The translations under genes and the position numbers were made by a program. A DNA stretch of 64,000 bases from Deltaproteobacteria bacterium. GTDB taxonomy: Bacteria > Myxococcota_A > UBA9160 > JAFDDA01. Of this stretch, positions 44,800 through 54,771 are shown piece by piece (position 1 is the stretch's first letter; each line of letters starts with the position of its first letter). The stretch covers positions 7,593 to 71,592 of the forward strand of contig JAFDDA010000064.1 of assembly GCA_019311105.1 (NCBI GenBank), in the 5' to 3' direction. The notes under the pieces were generated by a model, which had not been told where the DNA came from, did no database searches, and saw only the letters and a program-made list of their open reading frames with translations.

Positions 44800-46728
44800 T
44801 CAGGACGGGGCGGGAAGGTCGATCACGACGACCGTTTCGCGGGCGTCGCCGGGGCTGACGGTCATTCGGCCGCCGTGGCCTCGGATGATGCTGCGGGCGA
44901 CGGTCATCTCGAGGGAGCTTTCGCCGATCGAGACGCCCGGCAGGTCCGCGGTCTCGGCGATGTCGCCGGGGCTTCGGAAGCGCACGAGCACGCGGAGGGC
45001 CGGGGAGCCGTCGAGCCCATCGGCGTGGTAGCGCGAGGCGAAGTAGAGGTCGCCGCGGTCGGGCACGAGTTCGAGCGCCTTGTCGAGAAGCGACTCGAAG
45101 GCGAAGCGCAGCTGCTCCGGGTCGCCGAGGGCGTGGGGTGCGCGGCGGTCGAGCTCGGTCAGCACGACGAGGCGCCGGCGCTGAATCGTCTCGCGCTGGG
45201 CCTCGAGAGCGGTTTCGAGGAGGCTCGCCACGTCGACAGCCTTGCTTTCGGGGGTGCCGAGTTCGGCGAGGCGAACGAGCCGCTCCACCACGCTCTCGAT
45301 GCGCCGAACGTCGGCGCCCACGATGTCGGCGGCCTTGCGACGGAACTCTGGGTCGTCGAACCGCTCGGGAAGGAGCTGGGCGAAGGTTCGCACCGCGACG
45401 AGCGGGTTGCGGATCTCGTGAGCGATCGAGCCGACGAGTTCGCGCAGACGTTCGGCCCCGTCGGGGTCGCTCGCGGGAGTGGGGAGAGGCTCGGGTTGCG
45501 GGGGAGCTGGAATTGGCTCGAGCTGAGCCTCCGAGGGTTCGGGCGATTCTGGCTCCGATCTTGGCTCCGAGCCTGGGAGCGCATCGAGGAAGACGGAGTT
45601 GGGTTCGGCAGAGCCAATCTCCGATTCCGCGCTCTGCGCGGCGATGACGAGGTCCGCTTCCCCGATCGGGTCTTCCCCATGGCTCGCGAGGGTGCGCGCG
45701 ACCGTGGCCTCGACCTCGCGCACGTTGCCGAGCCACAGCACTTCGCGCAGGGCGGCCATGGCCTCCGGCGTGAAGCTGCGCATGCGCTGGCCGTGCTGCT
45801 GACACCACGAAGCCGCAGCCGACGCGACCATGGCGTCGAGCGCCTCCATGCGGTCGCGCAGGGGCGGGATGCGGATCACGATGCCGGCGAGCGCGTCCTC
45901 GAGGGTCGCGTCGAGTTCGCCGCCGCCGCTCCACAGGTCTTCCTCCCGCGCTGTTGCGATCCAGCGCACGCGTTCGGCCCGCACGGTGCCGGGCGGCAAG
46001 CCGTTCTCGATCCAGATTCGCAGCTGGCGTTGCACGAGGGGCGCGAGGGCATCGACGTCTTCGAGGCAGATAGTCAGGGCCTCGCCGCCGCTCGTCGCGC
46101 CCCGGATCAACTCGAGCACTGCGGGCGCCGTGCCCGAGATACCGCGACAGGGCAGGTGCACGAAGATCCCGCCCGTCGAGCCGCCGAAGATGTGGATGTA
46201 TTGCGCGATGACCGTGCGCCCGGTGCCCGCCTCGCCGCGGATCAGGACGGGGACGGTCGCGAGGTGCGGGTCGACGGCGCGCAGCAGCTCGGGCAGCTCG
46301 AGATCGCTGAACCAGCGGCGGAAGCGGTCGGCCAGGGCGTCGCGGACGCGGCGCTCCGAGAGCGAGTCGTGGCGGCGGCGGCCCGCGGCGGCCGCGCGGA
46401 TGCGGCGGCGCAGGCGGGTCGGCTCGGGTGGGAAGGGGAGGATCTCGGCCGAAAGCGCGTCGAAGAGTTGGCGCGCATCTTCACCTGCGCCGGCTTCGGG
46501 GAGCAGGATCCAGCTCGCGCCCGGCTGACGCTGGGCGTAGCGATGGGCGAACTCGAGCTCCGCCTCGAAGTCACCCGACGGGCCGAGCAGGACGACGTCG
46601 GGTTCGGGCGCGACCTCGAAGCCACGATCGCCCGGCGAGCCCACCACGACGTCGGCGCGGGCACCCGTGAGGCGCGCGAGGGTGCGACGGGCGGCAGGGT
46701 CGCGATGGACGATCCAAAGGGTAGGCAT
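44800..46728 (-). CDS. Multidomain regulator: receiver-like N-terminus + degenerate sigma-54-type AAA+ domain + HisKA + degenerate ATPase domain
   Basis: 642 aa. The Walker-A-like motif is GEAGTGRT (Arg in place of Lys). LWLGNVREV is present and no GAFTGA is seen. The H-box is SIAHEIRNPL. The C-terminal domain lacks clear N/G1/G2 boxes. Confidence 0.7.
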   Translation of the reverse strand: MPTLWIVHRDPAARRTLARLTGARADVVVGSPGDRGFEVAPEPDVVLLGPSGDFEAELEFAHRYAQRQPGASWILLPEAGAGEDARQLFDALSAEILPFPPEPTRLRRRIRAAAAGRRRHDSLSERRVRDALADRFRRWFSDLELPELLRAVDPHLATVPVLIRGEAGTGRTVIAQYIHIFGGSTGGIFVHLPCRGISGTAPAVLELIRGATSGGEALTICLEDVDALAPLVQRQLRIWIENGLPPGTVRAERVRWIATAREEDLWSGGGELDATLEDALAGIVIRIPPLRDRMEALDAMVASAAASWCQQHGQRMRSFTPEAMAALREVLWLGNVREVEATVARTLASHGEDPIGEADLVIAAQSAESEIGSAEPNSVFLDALPGSEPRSEPESPEPSEAQLEPIPAPPQPEPLPTPASDPDGAERLRELVGSIAHEIRNPLVAVRTFAQLLPERFDDPEFRRKAADIVGADVRRIESVVERLVRLAELGTPESKAVDVASLLETALEAQRETIQRRRLVVLTELDRRAPHALGDPEQLRFAFESLLDKALELVPDRGDLYFASRYHADGLDGSPALRVLVRFRSPGDIAETADLPGVSIGESSLEMTVARSIIRGHGGRMTVSPGDARETVVVIDLPAPS

Positions 46729-47066
46729 GGCGTCTTGGCTCTCGGAACCCTACCGCGAACCGGCGGCCACCCGTGTGGGTTCCACGTCGGAACGGGCCGA
46801 ATTCTGCGTTTCATTCCGGTGAGATGGGCCTCAGAGGGCCCCCTGGCCTGGCAACCCGTCGGCAGGAAGCGCCGCAAACGTCGACCGGGCTTTCGGATTC
46901 CGCGCGCCGGCCGAACCCGAGGGGGCCGTTGAAGCGCCCACTCTCCTCTGCAAGAGTAGCCGCGAAGGCCCGGTCGGTGACGCGATTCTCGCCGCGCAGC
47001 GACGCGAATCTCCGCACCGGCCCCTTCGTCCAATCCCCACGCAGGCGTGGGCCCGTGCCCCGCGCG

Positions 47067-47081
47067 GGGCACCCGTGTTGC
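47067..47081 (+). promoter_or_regulatory. Sigma-54-like -24/-12 element GGGCAC-N5-TTGC upstream of the M23 peptidase gene
   Basis: Reads GGGCACccgtgTTGC and ends 14 nt before ATG 47096. It overlaps the palindrome GTGCCCCGCGCGGGGCAC. Confidence 0.35.
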
Positions 47082-47095
47082 GACCCGGAGGCATC

Positions 47096-48556
47096 ATGCA
47101 GCGCTCGCTGACCACGCTCCTTCTCCTTGCTGGGCTCACGTTCCTCGCGCCGCCGCGCGCCCAAGCGATCGAGCCGGAAGATCTCGTCGGCACCTGGCAC
47201 GTGCTCGCGCACTACAAGGACGGGGGCACGGACCATCCCGACCGCGAGCGCTGGGTCGACCGGGTCTGGAAGTTCGAGTGGGAAAACGGCCAGATCAAGT
47301 GGACCGACTACCCGATCGTCGTCTTCGTGGATGAGACGGGCCGCTTCGAGCGCCTGGGGACGAACCGCCAATCGCGCATGCTCAACTTCTGGGAGCCGAA
47401 CGCGGCGCAGCTGGCCGACATCGCCAACGGGCTCGAGGTGAACAAGCGCGGGGCCAAGACGAAGACCCTGAAGCCCACGGACGAGGGGGGCTGGTCGTCG
47501 GCGGGTCGTGCGCGGCCGCAGTCGATGAAGTTCATCTCCTACGTGGAGACGTGGACCATCACGGGCCTCGCAGAGGGTGCGCCCGTCTTCGCGCGCTCCG
47601 ACTCCATGTCGTCGGGCATGACCGAGACCCTCGAAGGGGTCACCCGTTACACCACTACGGAGGTCGGTGGTGGGCTGCTGCGGGGCGACTATGTTCGCGA
47701 CGGCACGCAGGTCGGGACGTTCCAGCTGCGCCCGAGCGAGCCGGCCGAGTGGGTGAAGGGGTCGGGCAAGACGCAGAACCAGCGATTCCGCGAGATGGCG
47801 ATGTCGCAGTATTCCGCCAACGACCCGGACATCCAGAAACAGATCCAGGCCACCTTCGAGAAGGGCCTCGCGGACAACGGCATCAACCTCCCGTCCGCCG
47901 AACTCGACAAGCTCTCGAAGCAGGTCGTCGCCCTCTACGCCTCAGGCAAGAGCCCGAAGGAGATCCAGGCGATCATCGACGAGGATCTCGTCGCCGCCGT
48001 CGTTGGCTCGCACTACGCCTTTGCGCCCAAGGGTGCGGTGCACGACGCCGCCGCTCGCTACACGATCCCCTTCGAATCGAAGGCGCCGCGGCAGCTGAGC
48101 CAGGGGAACCGCGGCAAGTTCAGCCACTACGGGAAGCATCGCTACGCCTTCGACTTCCGGACGCCCGTCGGCGAGCCGGTCCTGGCCGCCCGCGCCGGCA
48201 AGGTTGCCGCCGTGGTCGACGAGTACGACCGCGGGGGGCCGACCAAGAGCCTGATGGGCCAGGCCAACGTCGTGCTCGTGCTCCACGACGATGGGAGCTT
48301 TGCCAGCTACGTCCACCTCTCGAAGGGCGCCTCGGTCGCCGAGGGCGATGGGGTCGCCGCCGGCGACGTGCTCGGAAAGAGCGGGAACACGGGCTACACG
48401 ACCGCCCCGCATCTCCACTTCGCGGTCTGGGTGCTCGACGAGGCCGGCGAGGCGATGACCGTGCCGGTCCGATTTGCCGGCAAAAGTGATGCGGGCTTCG
48501 TCCCCACCCAGGGGGCGTACTACGGAGGGCCGGGGTGGAAGGCGGGAAGCGAGTAG
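47096..48556 (+). CDS. Secreted M23-family metallopeptidase
   Basis: ATG at 47096 follows GGAG. The signal peptide is MQRSLTTLLLLAGLTFLAPPRAQA. The C-terminal M23 blocks are HRYAFDF...GNTGYTTAPHLHF. Confidence 0.8.
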   Translation: MQRSLTTLLLLAGLTFLAPPRAQAIEPEDLVGTWHVLAHYKDGGTDHPDRERWVDRVWKFEWENGQIKWTDYPIVVFVDETGRFERLGTNRQSRMLNFWEPNAAQLADIANGLEVNKRGAKTKTLKPTDEGGWSSAGRARPQSMKFISYVETWTITGLAEGAPVFARSDSMSSGMTETLEGVTRYTTTEVGGGLLRGDYVRDGTQVGTFQLRPSEPAEWVKGSGKTQNQRFREMAMSQYSANDPDIQKQIQATFEKGLADNGINLPSAELDKLSKQVVALYASGKSPKEIQAIIDEDLVAAVVGSHYAFAPKGAVHDAAARYTIPFESKAPRQLSQGNRGKFSHYGKHRYAFDFRTPVGEPVLAARAGKVAAVVDEYDRGGPTKSLMGQANVVLVLHDDGSFASYVHLSKGASVAEGDGVAAGDVLGKSGNTGYTTAPHLHFAVWVLDEAGEAMTVPVRFAGKSDAGFVPTQGAYYGGPGWKAGSE

Positions 48557-49017
48557 CCCCCGTCGTTCGTCGCGCAGGGGTGGCCGAGCTCGACGCCCTC
48601 GTCGAGCTGTGGCTCGAGGTGGCGCGCCATCATCAGGATCTCGACCCCTACTTCCGGCTGCGGCCCGACGCGCGCGATGAGGCGCGTCAGCTCTTGGCCC
48701 GAGAGCTCGCCGACCCCGATGCGGCAGCCTTCGTGGCCGGAGACCCGGCTGCGGGCTTCTGTATCGTGCGCGTCGACCAGGCACCGCCCATCCACGAGGA
48801 GACCGGACGAGCCGAGATCACCGACCTCGGCGTCCGCCCCGGTGCCCGCCGCGCGGGCCTCGGGCGTGCACTCGTGGGCGAGGCCATGGCCTGGGCCCGC
48901 GAGCGCGGAGTCGAGCGCGTCGAGATCCGGGTCGCGGCGGCCAACTCCGAAGGGCAGGCGTTCTGGCGGGCCGTCGGCTTCGGCGACTTCATGGACGTGC
49001 TCCATCGTCGGCTGTAA
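48535..49017 (+). CDS. GNAT-family N-acetyltransferase
   Basis: 160 aa with the acetyl-CoA motif VRPGARRAGLGRALV. The start is uncertain and overlaps the upstream gene by 22 nt. Confidence 0.7.
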   Translation: MEGGKRVAPVVRRAGVAELDALVELWLEVARHHQDLDPYFRLRPDARDEARQLLARELADPDAAAFVAGDPAAGFCIVRVDQAPPIHEETGRAEITDLGVRPGARRAGLGRALVGEAMAWARERGVERVEIRVAAANSEGQAFWRAVGFGDFMDVLHRRL

Positions 49018-49072
49018 CCTCGCCAGCGTTCGTCCGCGTCCATCCCCCATCCGTGACACGAGGTCGAGAATC

Positions 49073-50401
49073 GTGAGTGCGCGCATCAACCCGCTCGCCG
49101 CAGGGCTGAACGCCGACCTGGAGAAGGCCGCCCCCGAGGTGTTGGCCATGCTCTCCGAGCGCGGAAAACGGCTCTACTTCCCGAAGGGCATCCTTTCCCA
49201 GGGCGCCGAGGCCAAGGCCAAGGCCAAGCGCTTCAACGCCACGATCGGCATCGCCACCGAGGGTGACGAGCCCATGAATCTGCCGTCGCTGATGTCGCAC
49301 TTCGAAGGCCTCAACGCGTCCGAGGCGCTCGACTACGCGCCGCCGGCGGGCATCCCCGTCTTGCGTGAGCGCTGGCGCGAGAAGCTGCTGGCCGAGAACC
49401 CCTCACTCGCAGACAAGAGCTTCGGCGACCCGATCGTGACGGCGGCCATCACCCACGGGCTCTCGCTCGTGGGTGACCTCTTCATCGACCCGGGCGACAA
49501 GATCCTCCTGCCCGACAAGCTCTGGGGCAACTACCGCTTGATCTACGAAGTCCGGCTCGAAGCGGAGATCGCGACCTTTCCGTTCTATGACGGCGAAGGT
49601 TTCGATGTCGCGGGTTTCGAAGCCGCGCTCGCGCGTGAGGCGGAGGGCTGCGAGAAGCTCGTCGTCCTGTTGAACTTCCCGAACAACCCCACGGGCTACA
49701 TGCCGACCGTCGCCGAGGGCGACGCCATGGCGAAGGCCCTGCTCGCCCAGGCCGAGCGCGGCACGAAGCTCGTGGTCGTGACCGACGACGCCTACTTCGG
49801 GCTTTTCTACCACCTGGGCGGCGAGTCCATGCGCGAGTCGCTCTTCGGCCAGCTCATCGGCGCGCATCCGAACCTGCTCGCCGTGAAGCTCGACGGCGCG
49901 ACCAAGGAGTTGTTCGTCTGGGGCCTGCGCTGCGGCTTCATCACGCTCGGCCCCGGCCGCGCGGCCACCGCCGACACCGTGATCGCCGCCCTCGAGGCCA
50001 AGATCAAGGGCGCCATCCGCGGCGCCATTTCGAACTCCCCGAAGTTCTCGCAGTCCCTCGTCGCCAAGGCCCTCGCCAGCCCGACCATCGCCAAGGAGCG
50101 AGAACAGAAGTCCGAGACGTTGCGGCTGCGAGCCCAGAAGGTCTACGACGTTGCGAACGAGCCCCGCTACGCCGAGAGCTTCGAGGTCTACCCCTTCAAC
50201 AGCGGCTACTTCATGTGCCTGAACGTCACAGGAGTCGACGCCGAAGACGTGCGAGTGCGCCTGCTCAACGAATACGAAACGGGCCTCGTCGCCACGTCGA
50301 AGACGGACCTACGCGTCGCGTTCTCGTGCCTCGAGGTCGACGACATCGAGCCCCTCTTCGAGCTGATCCACCGCGCCATCCAGGAACTCCGTAAAGACTG
50401 A
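49073..50401 (+). CDS. Class I/II PLP-dependent aminotransferase
   Basis: GTG at 49073, in frame in ORF 48677..50401, giving 442 aa. NFPNNPTG, and KEL.VWGLR with the candidate PLP lysine, are present. Confidence 0.8.
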   Translation: MSARINPLAAGLNADLEKAAPEVLAMLSERGKRLYFPKGILSQGAEAKAKAKRFNATIGIATEGDEPMNLPSLMSHFEGLNASEALDYAPPAGIPVLRERWREKLLAENPSLADKSFGDPIVTAAITHGLSLVGDLFIDPGDKILLPDKLWGNYRLIYEVRLEAEIATFPFYDGEGFDVAGFEAALAREAEGCEKLVVLLNFPNNPTGYMPTVAEGDAMAKALLAQAERGTKLVVVTDDAYFGLFYHLGGESMRESLFGQLIGAHPNLLAVKLDGATKELFVWGLRCGFITLGPGRAATADTVIAALEAKIKGAIRGAISNSPKFSQSLVAKALASPTIAKEREQKSETLRLRAQKVYDVANEPRYAESFEVYPFNSGYFMCLNVTGVDAEDVRVRLLNEYETGLVATSKTDLRVAFSCLEVDDIEPLFELIHRAIQELRKD

Positions 50402-50410
50402 AACGGCTCG

Positions 50411-50577
50411 GAGGGCGGGTCGAGCGTCCGGGAGTCCTTCCGCGAATGGCTCGTCCGCCGTCGAGGCGGGTTGGCTGTTGGGACGGGTCGCTGGGGCGTT
50501 GGGCCGCGGCCGTCGGGGCGTGCGTGGCGGCCTGCGCTTTATTTCGCTCCAGGAACTCCCGGACGCTCGACCCGCTC
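50411..50577. repeat. Imperfect ~35-bp inverted repeat with a ~96-nt spacer, related to the 39285 element
   Basis: The arms are 50411..50446 and 50543..50577, with a 20-nt perfect core cgggtcgagcgtccgggagt. The inner ends GCGAATGGCTCG and CTGCGCTTTATTTCGC are shared with the 39285 element. Confidence 0.8.
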
Positions 50578-50591
50578 GGTGCTGGCAGGGT

Positions 50592-52043
50592 TCACCGTTG
50601 ATCCAAGGCCTCGAGGATCTGAACCAAGGTGTTGGTGCCCTTTCGCAGGTTGGCGATGGAGATCTTTTCGTTGGGGCCGTGGATGCCGCGGGTTTCGCTG
50701 GGCGGGAGCCAGCGGGGGACGAAGCCGTAGGCGACGATGCCGAGGTCTCGGAAGTAGTGGGCGTCGGTGAAGCCGGCGATGACTCTCGGGACGACTGGCG
50801 CGCCGGGGTCGACCTTTGACGCGACGCGCTGGATGGCACGGAACAGGGGCGTGTTCACGGGGGAGCTACTCGTCGTGAAGGCGAGGAAGGGTTCTACCCG
50901 GATCGAATCGTCGGCGATCGTTCGCTCGATCTCTTCGACGAAGTCTGCGCAGTGTTGGCCGGGCAGAAGCCTTGCGTCGAGTTGGGCGTGGGCGCGGCCG
51001 GGTAGGACGTTGGTCTGGCTGCTGCCTTCGAGGACCGTGATCGCCACGGTGTTTCGAACCAGCGCCGCACGGCCGGGCTTCGACAGGAAGCGTCGGCGGA
51101 AGTCGGCGTCGGTCTCGAGGGCGACGGCGAGGTTGCGGAAGCCCGTGCGGTCTTCCGCGGGGGCGAGCTGGGCGACCGAGCGAAACATGCGCGCGACTTC
51201 CGGGACCACGGCGACCGGGGTCTCGAGTCGGCGGATCCGCTCGAGGGCGTCGAGCAGCCGGGTCACCGCGGTTACGGGCGGCGCGACCGAACTGTGTCCG
51301 GGTGTGCCCTCGGCCACGATGTCCATCCAGCACGGCGCCTTCTCGGTGACGGTCACGCCCCAGACGGGCGACGTTCCGCCCTCGCCCACCTGGATGCCGC
51401 CGCCTTCGGTGAGTAGGAGCTCGGCGTCGTAGAGCAGCGAGCGCCGCTCGCGCACCAGGTAGCCCGCACCCCGCTGGCCGCCCGTCTCTTCGTCGGGCGT
51501 GGCGAGAAAGATCACGTCCCGATCGAGGGGCTCGCTGCGGCGCGCGATGGTCAGGGTGGTGAGCAGGTGCACCACCGAAACGCCCTTGGCGTCGAGAGCC
51601 CCGCGACCCACCACCGAGCCCGCCCCGACGGCACCCTCGAAGGGCGCGATGGCCCAACCCTTCGGGTCCGCCGGCACCGTGTCGAGGTGGGAGAGCAGCA
51701 CGATCGGCCGACGCGAGCCGTTGCCCTTCACCCGGCCCCAGGCCGCCGCGCGGCCCTCCTTGGAGCCGTTGCGGGGCGTGTCGATCACCCGGGCCTCGAC
51801 GCCGGCGTCCTTCAGCATGTCGACGAAGAGCTTCGCCAGGGGCTTCTCCCCGCCCGGCGGGTTTACGGTCGGAATGCGGATGGCCTGGGAGAGGACCCGC
51901 GCCGCCGCCTCCCCCGGGTCCTCGCCGACCTTGGGCGTGGCGGGGCCGAAGGGCCAGGCGGCCCAGGCGGAGGGCGCAGGGAGCGCCAAGGCCGCGATGA
52001 GCCCAATAGAGGCAAAAACACTACACTTTAGGCTTCGAGTCAC
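50592..52043 (-). CDS. Secreted M20/M28-family peptidase
   Basis: 483 aa. The signal peptide ends PSAWA. SHLDTVP, GALDAKG and the PDEETGG metal-ligand blocks are present. Confidence 0.8.
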   Translation of the reverse strand: MTRSLKCSVFASIGLIAALALPAPSAWAAWPFGPATPKVGEDPGEAAARVLSQAIRIPTVNPPGGEKPLAKLFVDMLKDAGVEARVIDTPRNGSKEGRAAAWGRVKGNGSRRPIVLLSHLDTVPADPKGWAIAPFEGAVGAGSVVGRGALDAKGVSVVHLLTTLTIARRSEPLDRDVIFLATPDEETGGQRGAGYLVRERRSLLYDAELLLTEGGGIQVGEGGTSPVWGVTVTEKAPCWMDIVAEGTPGHSSVAPPVTAVTRLLDALERIRRLETPVAVVPEVARMFRSVAQLAPAEDRTGFRNLAVALETDADFRRRFLSKPGRAALVRNTVAITVLEGSSQTNVLPGRAHAQLDARLLPGQHCADFVEEIERTIADDSIRVEPFLAFTTSSSPVNTPLFRAIQRVASKVDPGAPVVPRVIAGFTDAHYFRDLGIVAYGFVPRWLPPSETRGIHGPNEKISIANLRKGTNTLVQILEALDQR

Positions 52044-52251
52044 GGAGTCTCTTGGGTTCCTGGAATGCCCCGCGGGGGCGTTCCGTCTGCGAAGGATGGC
52101 TTTGCCAGGGGAGGCTCCCCCGGCTCTGGCCGGCCCGTTTCGGCGTGCGTTCTCGCCCTGCGATGACTACGCTACGCGCGCTCACCGAGCAACCGTCGGA
52201 GCCAAAGCGCGCCCGACGGCCGGCCAGCGAGCACAACCGGTTCTGGGGAAG

Positions 52252-53577
52252 ATGAACGAACGCCAGTCTTCAAGATGGTTCGGCCAGCCCGCTCTGGGCT
52301 ACGGCGTCGCCCTCGTTTTCGGGGCGATTCTGGCTGCGGTCGCCTTGGGTGCGCTCGACTCGGGCACTGCGCGCGCCGAAGCGCCCGACCCGTTCGTCGC
52401 CTCGGTCGCTTCGCCCGATGGCGACGGCACGCCGCTCGGCCCGCCGCGCCCGCCCGACCATCTCGACGTCGTCCGGGGTGAGTTGCGCAGCGGCGAGACG
52501 CTCCACTCGACCCTCACTCGCATGGGTGTGCCCGGTTCCACGGTGCACGAGATCGCCATCGAGATGCGGCCGGTCTTCGACTTCCGCTTCGCCCGGCCCG
52601 GCGATCGCTTCCGCCTCGCCCGCAAGGCCGACGGCGCCGTGGTCGACTTCGAATACCGGACGTCGGCCATCGACGGCTATCGCCTCTACCGCGTGGGCGA
52701 AGAACTGATCGCCACGGCCCTGAGCGTCAACCTCGTCGCTCGGATCGAGACCCTCGTCGGCGTCGTCACCAACAACGTCTACAACGCGGTGCGAAACCTC
52801 GGGGAGAGCGGCCAGCTCGCCTACCAGTTCTCGGAGCTCTTCGCGTGGGAGGTCGACTTCACTCGCGAAGTCCGGCCCGGCGACGAGTTCCGCATCCGCT
52901 ACGAGCGGATCTACCAGGAGGACGGCGACGGCAACGAGGTCTACGTCCGGCCCGGGCGGATCCTCGCCGCGCAATACCGCGGCGCGAGCAAGGTGGACAC
53001 GGCCATCCTCTACGAATCCGAAGACGGCGACTCGGGCTACTACCGGCCCGATGGCACCGCGCTCGAGCGCCAGTTTCTGCGCTCACCGCTCAAGTACACG
53101 CGCGTGACGTCGCCCTTCAGCTGGTCGCGCCTGCACCCCATCCTGCGCGTGAAGCGCCCGCACCTGGGCATCGACTACGGCGCGGCCTACGGGACACCCA
53201 TCTGGTCGATCGCCGATGGTGAGGTGGTGCACGTCTCGCGGATGGGCGGCATGGGCAAGACGGTGAAGGTCAAGCACGCCAATGGCTACGTCTCGACGTA
53301 CGGCCATCTCCAGCGCTACGCCGACCGCCTCAAGGTCGGCGCGCGAGTGAGCCGCAAGCAGGTCGTCGGCTACGTCGGTTCCACCGGCCTCGCCACGGGC
53401 CCCCACGTCCACTATGACCTTCGCAAGGACGGCAAGGCCGTGAACCCGAACAAGGTCCAGACGCCGCCGGCACCGCCGATTCCGAGCGCCCAGCTTCCGG
53501 CCTTCCAGGTCGCCCGTGACGCGACCCTCGCGGAGCTCGACCCGACCCCCATCGCCGCCCTCGGAGAGGCGCTTTAA
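52252..53577 (+). CDS. M23-family peptidase (membrane-anchored)
   Basis: ATG at 52252, in frame in ORF 51499..53577. It has an N-terminal TM helix. The M23 blocks are HLGIDYGA...GSTGLATGPHVHYD. Confidence 0.85.
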   Translation: MNERQSSRWFGQPALGYGVALVFGAILAAVALGALDSGTARAEAPDPFVASVASPDGDGTPLGPPRPPDHLDVVRGELRSGETLHSTLTRMGVPGSTVHEIAIEMRPVFDFRFARPGDRFRLARKADGAVVDFEYRTSAIDGYRLYRVGEELIATALSVNLVARIETLVGVVTNNVYNAVRNLGESGQLAYQFSELFAWEVDFTREVRPGDEFRIRYERIYQEDGDGNEVYVRPGRILAAQYRGASKVDTAILYESEDGDSGYYRPDGTALERQFLRSPLKYTRVTSPFSWSRLHPILRVKRPHLGIDYGAAYGTPIWSIADGEVVHVSRMGGMGKTVKVKHANGYVSTYGHLQRYADRLKVGARVSRKQVVGYVGSTGLATGPHVHYDLRKDGKAVNPNKVQTPPAPPIPSAQLPAFQVARDATLAELDPTPIAALGEAL

Positions 53578-53597
53578 GGCACCCCTGTGCGGTGGGC

Positions 53598-53649
53598 GAC
53601 GCTGAGGAAGCGGAATCTGGAGCGGGCCGAGCCCCATCTCCAATTCCGC
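53598..53649 (+). repeat. REP-like element, diverged copy f (intergenic)
   Basis: Reads gaagcggaatctggagcgggccgagccccatctccaattccgc, with an internal inverted repeat gcggaatctggag/ctccaattccgc. Confidence 0.55.
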
Positions 53650-53659
53650 GCTCCGCGCG

Positions 53660-54124
53660 GTGTGCGACGATGAACCCATGAGCGACCACGAATTCGATAC
53701 CGCGGCCCTGCACGACCGACTCTCCGGCCTCGGCCGCAAGCTGGCCGAGCGCGAAGCGGGCGAAGCCGACGGCCTCGACCAGGCGCGCCGCAACGTCGAG
53801 GCGCTGCGCTCTGTGGTGGCCGAGGGTGTGAAGGGCTTCAACGAGGCCGTCGTCGCCGCGGGTGCGGGGCAGCTCGCCGTCGAGGTGTCCGAGCCGCGGG
53901 CCGACGACAAGCACCTGCGCTCGATCCAATTTGATCTCAAGCGGGGCCGCTACGCGGCGATCGTCACGGTGAAGAGCCGCGGCGAAGTCACGCTGGTCGG
54001 CCCCTTCCGCGCGGGGAAGAACGAGGGCCCCTGTCTGTCGTTCCCCTTCGGTGCCGAGGCCGAACTCGAGAAGGCCCTCGGCGACTTCCTGGAGCAGTTC
54101 CTCGAGGAGGCGGCGACGCCGTGA
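53660..54124 (+). CDS. Hypothetical protein
   Basis: 154-aa ORF with coding-like bias and a 4-nt overlap with the next gene. ATG 53678 is an alternative start. I recognise no motif. Confidence 0.5.
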   Translation: MCDDEPMSDHEFDTAALHDRLSGLGRKLAEREAGEADGLDQARRNVEALRSVVAEGVKGFNEAVVAAGAGQLAVEVSEPRADDKHLRSIQFDLKRGRYAAIVTVKSRGEVTLVGPFRAGKNEGPCLSFPFGAEAELEKALGDFLEQFLEEAATP

Positions 54125-54771
54125 ACGCCGCCAGGGGGCATCGGCACGAGCCGAGCGACGGCCCCGTTCCGCGCGGCCTCGGTTGGGTGCGGAGCGTTCG
54201 CGTGGGCACCCTGAACCGGCCGAAGCTCGGCGCCGTACGGGCCGCCCTGCGGCCCTACGCCCCCCAGGCGCGCGTGCTCGGCACCGAGGTGGACTCCGGC
54301 GTTTCCGAACAACCCGTGGGCTTCGACGAGATCCTGCGCGGGGCGGAAACCCGCGCGCGGGCTGCCCTCGCAGCCGGCGCCGACCTCGGGATCGGGATCG
54401 AGGACGGCCTCGTTCCCCTCGACGTGACCGCAGACGAGCCCCGACATCTGAACCTCGGCTGCGCGGTGGTGACCGACGGGTCGCGCCTGGGCGTCGGGCT
54501 CTCTTCGGGCTTCGCCTATCCCCCCGATCTCACCGGGCCGGCCACGGAACGCCGGGAGCCGATCGGGCCACTGTTCGATCGCTTCTGGACGCAGCACCGC
54601 GGCGCGCGCCGCGCGGGGGCCGCCGAAGTGAGCGGACGGAGCATCGGCAACGTGGGCAAACTGACCGGCGGTGTCCTGACGCGCCAGGAGTACGGGCGGC
54701 ATGCTGTCGTCTGCGCGCTCGTTCGCTTCCTGCACCCCGATCTGTATGGCGATCTTGGGAGCTCCGCGTGA
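54121..54771 (+). CDS. Inosine/xanthosine triphosphatase (YjjX/DUF84-like NTPase)
   Basis: VGTLNRPKLGAV, SGVSEQP, GAETRA and GIGIEDG occur in the YjjX order. The true start may be an internal GTG. Confidence 0.7.
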   Translation: MNAARGHRHEPSDGPVPRGLGWVRSVRVGTLNRPKLGAVRAALRPYAPQARVLGTEVDSGVSEQPVGFDEILRGAETRARAALAAGADLGIGIEDGLVPLDVTADEPRHLNLGCAVVTDGSRLGVGLSSGFAYPPDLTGPATERREPIGPLFDRFWTQHRGARRAGAAEVSGRSIGNVGKLTGGVLTRQEYGRHAVVCALVRFLHPDLYGDLGSSA

